From Rhodospirillales bacterium (GTDB lineage Bacteria > Pseudomonadota > Alphaproteobacteria > Rhodospirillales > Casp-alpha2): a stretch of DNA of 64,000 bases. The stretch's first letter is position 1; every line of letters starts with the position of its first letter. Positions 58,889 through 64,000 of this stretch are shown here, piece after piece. A program made the position numbers and the translations under genes. Location: contig JAGLED010000010.1 in NCBI GenBank assembly GCA_023145215.1, positions 13,808 to 77,807 on the forward strand. The letters run 5' to 3'. The notes beneath the pieces were generated by a model. The model worked only from the letters and a program-made list of their open reading frames with translations. It did no database searches and was not told the DNA's origin.

Positions 58889-59611
58889 TTACTCCTCCAT
58901 CCGCACCCAGCCCTCCGGCGTGATCCGCTCCAGCGGTTTGAAGCGCGCCTTGTAGGACATATTCGAGCAGCCATCGATCCAGAACCCCAAATACATGTAT
59001 GGGAGTTCCTGGCCATAGGCCTCGTCGATCAACCAGAGAATCATATAGGTGCCAAGACCGCGTTCGGTCTCGGCTTCATCGAAAAAGCTGTAAACTGCGG
59101 ATAGGCCGTCGCTTAACCGATCGACCAGGCAGGCGCCCGCCAATGTACCGGACGGTTTACGGAACTCGACGACGAACGTGTTGACAGGCGTATCCTCGAT
59201 CAAGGCCTGATAATCGAGGAAATCCATCTTCGACATGTCGCCCCCCTGATGGCGGGCGCGTTGATAGTCGCTAAACAGCGCATACTGCTCATGCGTCGCG
59301 ATCGGCTCGACAATCTCGGCAGTCAGATCTGCATTGCGCTTCAGGATGCGTTTGAAGGATTTACCGGGCTTGAAATCATCCACCACGACGCGGACAGCCA
59401 CACAGGCATCGCAGGTGGGGCAGGCCGGCACGTAGCATATACCGTGCGAACGTCGGAATCCTGCCATCGAAAGCTGGTCATGCAGGGCGTTGGCATCTCG
59501 GCCGACAAGCTCGGTCACGACCCGGCGCTCGATCCGCCCTTCGATATAGGGGCAGGGAAGAGGCGCCGTCGAAAAAAAGAATCTGGTATCAGGTAACGCC
59601 TGGTGACGCAT
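58889..59611 (-). CDS. arginyl-tRNA-protein-transferase-like protein (Ate/Bpt)
   Basis: PCPY, GFRRS, CPTCDAC, DGLSAVYSFF and YLGFWI..C..MSYK. Confidence 0.92.
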   Translation of the reverse strand: MRHQALPDTRFFFSTAPLPCPYIEGRIERRVVTELVGRDANALHDQLSMAGFRRSHGICYVPACPTCDACVAVRVVVDDFKPGKSFKRILKRNADLTAEIVEPIATHEQYALFSDYQRARHQGGDMSKMDFLDYQALIEDTPVNTFVVEFRKPSGTLAGACLVDRLSDGLSAVYSFFDEAETERGLGTYMILWLIDEAYGQELPYMYLGFWIDGCSNMSYKARFKPLERITPEGWVRMEE

Positions 59612-59702
59612 TGAGGGTCTTTGCTCCAGTTCTCACCTGCAGGAACGTTACGGCATTTCAGGGGTGGCGCGCAACATGTCAGCCGCGCTGCCAACAGGGC
59701 GT

Positions 59703-60779
59703 TCAACGAGAAATATTCTGATCCAGTTCGAGGCCGAGGCTCGGCACCTGGCCGGCCCCCGAAGCCGGCGCCGGGCGTGACGGTGCGCCGGAACCCGGTG
59801 ACTGCGCCTGCTCATTACGAATCTTGTTCAGACCCGGCAATGCTTCAGGTTCTTCGGCCTTCTTACCGCCGGCTTTCGTTACCGGATTATCGGCGCCCGT
59901 ACCGCGCAACATGATCACCGAAAGACGCCGGTTCGATGGGTGTGCGGGATTATCGGGCACCAAAGGCTCGGTCGCGGCTTTACCGACGACCCGGTCAAAG
60001 CGGCTTTCGGCGATACCGATCTGCATCAGCCAGCGACGCGCGGCATTGGCGCGATCTGCCGAGAGTTCCCAGTTCGAATAATCGCTACCACCGCCGAAAC
60101 GGGTCGAGTCCGTGTGCCCGGAGATCGAAATGTTTTGGGGCAAGGTCTTGATGATCTCGGCCGCAACCTCAAGCAGGCGCTTGGTATGCAGGAACAACTC
60201 CGCCGAGCCGCTTTGGAACATCGACAGGCCGTCCTTGTCGACAAGCTGAATACGCAGACCCTCTGGCGTATTGTCGATCAGCAGGCTGTCCTTCATCGAT
60301 TTAAGTTGCGGAATGCTGTTGATCGTCGCCTCGAGCTGATCCTTTGCTTCCTCGAACTGCTGCTGTTCCTGTTGTTTCAGAACCTCAGCCGCCGATTCTG
60401 CATCCTGATCGCTGCCGGCCTTTGTTTCGGCATTGTCGTCGCCGCCCGAACCCGCTTTCGGGGGCGGCAGATCGACGGTCACGCTATCGCGCGATGTTGT
60501 GTTCTGTGCAGCGCCTTCCTCGGTAATGGTCTTGCCGCCAAGGATGTCACCCGACCCACTGGTCGACTGCGATGCGGTCACCGGCGCAAAATAGTTGGAA
60601 ATACCTTCGAGCTGTTCCTGGGTGACCGAATTCAGCAGCCAGAGCAACAGGAAGAACGCCATCATCGCCGTCACGAAGTCGGCATACGCGATTTTCCACG
60701 CACCGCCATGATGGCCGTGCCCGCCCTTATTCACCTTCTTGATGATGATAGGGTTTTTTGCTGCGCTTTCTTCGGCCAT
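59703..60779 (-). CDS. motB: flagellar motor stator protein MotB
   Basis: HHGGAWKIAYADFVTAMMAFF and OmpA-like domain GHTD...NWELSADRA...NRR. Confidence 0.95.
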   Translation of the reverse strand: MAEESAAKNPIIIKKVNKGGHGHHGGAWKIAYADFVTAMMAFFLLLWLLNSVTQEQLEGISNYFAPVTASQSTSGSGDILGGKTITEEGAAQNTTSRDSVTVDLPPPKAGSGGDDNAETKAGSDQDAESAAEVLKQQEQQQFEEAKDQLEATINSIPQLKSMKDSLLIDNTPEGLRIQLVDKDGLSMFQSGSAELFLHTKRLLEVAAEIIKTLPQNISISGHTDSTRFGGGSDYSNWELSADRANAARRWLMQIGIAESRFDRVVGKAATEPLVPDNPAHPSNRRLSVIMLRGTGADNPVTKAGGKKAEEPEALPGLNKIRNEQAQSPGSGAPSRPAPASGAGQVPSLGLELDQNISR

Positions 60780-60791
60780 TCGGGGCCTCCG

Positions 60792-61652
60792 TTAGCTCGG
60801 CGCCGGGAGGTTCTGCGTGATTTCCTCGAGCTCCGCGAAAGATGGCCGGTATTCGTCCGGCAGCACCTTGCGGGCGAATTCGACGGAAACCTGCGGCGCA
60901 TAACCCTGCATGTGGCCCATCAGGCCGGCTTTCATGCACATGAAATAGTGATGTTCGGCATTGTAGGCCGCCTCGAGATTCGACGCCATCGGCAGCACGA
61001 ATCCGTAAGCAACGAGAATCCCCGAAAACGTACCGACCAGCGCGGCACCGATCAGGCCGCCCAGGACTTCCGGCGGTTCGGTAATCGAGCTCATGGTGAC
61101 GATAACGCCCAACACGGCAGCGACGATACCGAGCGCCGGGATCGCCTCACCGATGGTCCGCATCGCGGAAGACACCATGAGTTTCTCGTGATGATGCACG
61201 TCCAGTTCCTGATCCATGATCGCTTCGATCTCGTGCGCGTTGGACGCCCCCAACGTCAGAAGACGCAGGTAATCGCAGAGAAAGTCGATGGCGTGATGGT
61301 CGTGCTGGAATTTTGGATAAGTGGCGAAAAGCGAACTTTCATGAGGTTTTTCAACATGTTGTTCAAGGGCTAGATCACCTTTCGCCTTGGCCAGACGAAA
61401 CAAGCTGTACAGGCAGCTCAAGAGTTCGACATATCCGTCTTTCTTGTATTTCGGGCCCTTGACCATCGTGCCGAAAGACTTGAAGGCACCGATAACGACC
61501 GATTTCGGGTTCCCGGCCAGGAACGCACCGAGCGCGCCGCCGAGAATAATTACGTATTCAATGGGTTGCCATAGAATCCGGAGGTCGCCATGCACCGAAT
61601 AGCCGCCGAACACGCAGCCGATAACAAGAACGATACCGATGATGAAAAACAT
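60792..61652 (-). CDS. motA: flagellar motor stator protein MotA
   Basis: QP.E..II.G, PALGIVAAVLGV, IGAALVGTF.G and VEFARK. Confidence 0.95.
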   Translation of the reverse strand: MFFIIGIVLVIGCVFGGYSVHGDLRILWQPIEYVIILGGALGAFLAGNPKSVVIGAFKSFGTMVKGPKYKKDGYVELLSCLYSLFRLAKAKGDLALEQHVEKPHESSLFATYPKFQHDHHAIDFLCDYLRLLTLGASNAHEIEAIMDQELDVHHHEKLMVSSAMRTIGEAIPALGIVAAVLGVIVTMSSITEPPEVLGGLIGAALVGTFSGILVAYGFVLPMASNLEAAYNAEHHYFMCMKAGLMGHMQGYAPQVSVEFARKVLPDEYRPSFAELEEITQNLPAPS

Positions 61653-61834
61653 CTAGCAGGCTCTCAAAATAATTGTTCCAGCGCCCGCATGTATGCGTGG
61701 ACGGGCAAAGTGACCCCTACGACCGCTATAGATGGATTTTGTTTGAAACTCAAGTGTTTGGCTCTGATTCGGTTGAAAATCCGATCCGGTCTAGGTCGTT
61801 TCAATTTGTGCCTGTCCCATGCTAAATAGCAGCC

Positions 61835-62332
61835 ATGACCGTCGAACCTCTCCAGTTCCGCCAGGCCCTTTCCAAATTCGCAAGCGGGGTCACTGTTGTT
61901 AGCACGCTTACCCCCCAAGGCGAGCCCGTCGGCGTGACGGTGAGCGCCTTCAGTTCGCTGTCGCTCGAACCGCCGCTGATTCTTATATGCCTGGACCATG
62001 CGACGTCGCAATTAAGGGCTTATACGGATGGAGGGCATTTCTGCGTCAACATTCTCGCCGCCAGCCAGCGGGACGTTTCCAACGCTTTTGCGTTCCCGGG
62101 GCCGAAACCGCCGTTCGACGTGGTAAGCTACGAGATGGGCGCGTTCGGGTTGCCGGTGATCCAGGGCACGCTCGCCAGTCTTATCTGTAAACGCGAAGCT
62201 GTGTATCCGGGCGGCGATCACCAAATCGTCGTCGGTGCCGTGACGGATGCGACATGGGACGATTCGCTTGAACCGCTGCTCTATGCCGCCGGCAGCTACC
62301 GTACGCTCGCCGGCCCTGAAAAGGTGACGTGA
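61835..62332 (+). CDS. flavin reductase family protein
   Basis: FRQALSKFASGVTVV, SLSLEPPL, FCVNIL and GGDH. Confidence 0.92.
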   Translation: MTVEPLQFRQALSKFASGVTVVSTLTPQGEPVGVTVSAFSSLSLEPPLILICLDHATSQLRAYTDGGHFCVNILAASQRDVSNAFAFPGPKPPFDVVSYEMGAFGLPVIQGTLASLICKREAVYPGGDHQIVVGAVTDATWDDSLEPLLYAAGSYRTLAGPEKVT

Positions 62333-63099
62333 TGCGCGAGGCGGGCTGGCCGGTACCGCGCACGCTCGCGTCCTCCATCGCCGCTGCAGGCGCGGCGCTC
62401 GCGTTGTGGAACTTTGCGCCGGAAGCATTGCCGCGCACCCACACCACGCTGCTCGGCCTTGCTTTCTTTGCCGCGATATTAGCCGTTGTCGCCGGCCGGC
62501 TCATGCGCCTGGGGAAGGCATGGCTGGTTCTCACGGCAATTGCGACACCGGCGCTTGTGCTGGTGCCGGTCTACAGGCCGCCGACTTGGCTGTTCCCGAT
62601 GATCGCGCTGGTGCTGGCAGGGTTCTTTATCAACGGCGTGCGCGAGAAAGTGCCGCTTTACCTGTCCAACTCAATCACCGAGCAGGCCCTCGCCGATCTG
62701 TTCCGAAAACTGGGCGGCGGGACGTTTATCGATCTCGGTTGCGGGCTTGGCGGCGTCGTCGACCGGGTGTCCAGAGAACTCCCGGAATCCCGCGTCATCG
62801 GGGTCGAAACCGCGCCTCTCTCTTTCCTGGCCTCGTGGCTACGGATCAACGGCCAGGGCAGGGCGAACGCGCGTGTTTTATATCAAAGCATGTGGCACGC
62901 CGACGTCAGCGATGCCGACATCGTCTACGCCTTTCTGTCGCCGGCGCCCATGGCCAAGCTGTACGAGAAGCTCAAAACCGAGATGAAACCGGGTTCACTG
63001 TTCATTTCGAACAGTTTCGCCGTCCCGGAACGTGAACCGGATGAGGTGATATCCGTGGATGATGCCCGCCAGACGCAGCTCTTGGTATGGCGGATGTGA
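62329..63099 (+). CDS. membrane-anchored class I SAM-dependent methyltransferase
   Basis: N-terminal TM helices, VPLYLS, DLGCGLG, VYAFLSP.PM and EMKPG...ISNSF. Confidence 0.85.
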   Translation: MMREAGWPVPRTLASSIAAAGAALALWNFAPEALPRTHTTLLGLAFFAAILAVVAGRLMRLGKAWLVLTAIATPALVLVPVYRPPTWLFPMIALVLAGFFINGVREKVPLYLSNSITEQALADLFRKLGGGTFIDLGCGLGGVVDRVSRELPESRVIGVETAPLSFLASWLRINGQGRANARVLYQSMWHADVSDADIVYAFLSPAPMAKLYEKLKTEMKPGSLFISNSFAVPEREPDEVISVDDARQTQLLVWRM

Positions 63100-63120
63100 C
63101 GGCGAAACCAACCGGTCCGC

Positions 63121-63204
63121 CATCGTCCTGAATTCAATTCAGGATCCATAGCCCTTAAAAGTTGCCTGACAGCATGGGCCCGGAATCGAGTTCAGGGCGA
63201 CGAA
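63121..63204. repeat. REPIN-like inverted doublet, copy 2 (opposite orientation)
   Basis: CATCGTCCTGAATTCAATTCAGGATCCAT-spacer-CATGGGCCCGGAATCGAGTTCAGGGCGACGAA; the arms match the reverse complement of 52345-52427, the spacer is unrelated. Confidence 0.85.
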
Positions 63205-63209
63205 GAAAA

Positions 63210-64000
63210 TCAACCAAGCGAAACGTCGGACAGCAGCCGCGTGCCGAAACCCTCGGCTTCCAGCGCGCGAATGATATCGCGCACATGATCGGCGTTCAGT
63301 GTCTCGATGGCGATATCGACTTCCGCTTCCTTGACCGGCACGTCCCGGAACATGCGCTGATGCAGCACATCGACGATATTGCCGCCTTTACCGCCAATGA
63401 TTCCAGCGACGGCGGCGAGCGCGCCCGGCATGTCGATCAGTGAGATTCGCAACTTCGCAAGGCGACCGTCGCGGATCAGGCCGCGCATCAGCACCGACGA
63501 TAAAAGACGTGAATCGATGTTGCCGCCGGAAATCATGAGGCCGACCTTGCGCCCCTTGAAACGGGCGGGTTCGGCCATCAATGCCGCCAGCGGCACCGCC
63601 CCGGAACCTTCGACGATCAGGCGTTGCACATCCACCATGATCTGCACCGCACGTTCGATATCGCCCTCGCGAACGACGGCAACATCGTTCATATGCGCCT
63701 TCAGGATCGGGGTCGTCAGTTCGCCCGGTTCCTTGACCGCGATCCCGTCCGCGATGGTGGCACCCTTGCCATGGGGCGCTTCGCCTTTGAAGGCCTGATG
63801 CATCGACGGATAAGCGTCCGCCTGCGCACCCACGACCTCGATGTCGGGATTGTGCGCCGCCGCCGCGATGCAGCACCCGGACGCCAGACCGCCCCCACCG
63901 ATGGGAACGATGATCGCATCCAGATCAGGGACGTCCTCAAGCATCTCGAGGGTCGCCGTACCCTGGCCGGCGATCACGTGTGGATCGTCATAGGGATGGA
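63210..64000 (-). CDS. ilvA: threonine ammonia-lyase with C-terminal ACT domain (5' partial)
   Basis: HPYDD..VIAGQGT, PIGGGGL, TIADGIAVK, SGGNID and ACT domain D.PG.L; runs off the window. Confidence 0.9.
   Translation of the reverse strand, partial: HPYDDPHVIAGQGTATLEMLEDVPDLDAIIVPIGGGGLASGCCIAAAAHNPDIEVVGAQADAYPSMHQAFKGEAPHGKGATIADGIAVKEPGELTTPILKAHMNDVAVVREGDIERAVQIMVDVQRLIVEGSGAVPLAALMAEPARFKGRKVGLMISGGNIDSRLLSSVLMRGLIRDGRLAKLRISLIDMPGALAAVAGIIGGKGGNIVDVLHQRMFRDVPVKEAEVDIAIETLNADHVRDIIRALEAEGFGTRLLSDVSLG

Overview
A 64-kb, GC-rich chromosomal segment that looks alphaproteobacterial, probably Rhodospirillales-like. This is inferred from gene content and order: pdhABC-lpdA-lipA-ratA, DUF192/tRNA-Pro/ETC-complex-I-subunit/tRNA-Arg, and an M23 peptidase-bactofilin pair. 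It is mostly core genome: fbp, napEFDABC with a divergent Crp/Fnr regulator, three tRNAs (Glu, Pro, Arg), an Anbu operon (CP-ATP-grasp, alpha-E, transglutaminase, Anbu), an atypically ordered Mrp antiporter operon, glnS, a copper-resistance operon, the PDH cluster, parC, bioY, motAB and two REP-like repeat families. I saw no integrase, transposase, prophage or CRISPR array. The most interesting signals are: (1) an ~810-aa protein built from degenerate giant-adhesin modules, placed first in an apparent operon with a hybrid kinase and a diguanylate cyclase and divergent from an OmpR-family regulator; (2) a CueR-type 19-bp-spacer promoter that would give a leaderless mRNA for a Cys-rich, polyproline-terminated CutF/CopL-like leader ahead of cupredoxin-copA-copB; (3) a 27-aa membrane peptide gene missing from the ORF track, with its own RBS and terminator and a perfect CRP-type palindrome upstream; (4) a toxin-less Panacea/SocA-domain gene beside a minimal flagellar-rod-like gene; (5) a histone-H1-like gene preceded by a perfect DnaA box. 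All family assignments come from motif recognition by eye; no database searches were run.
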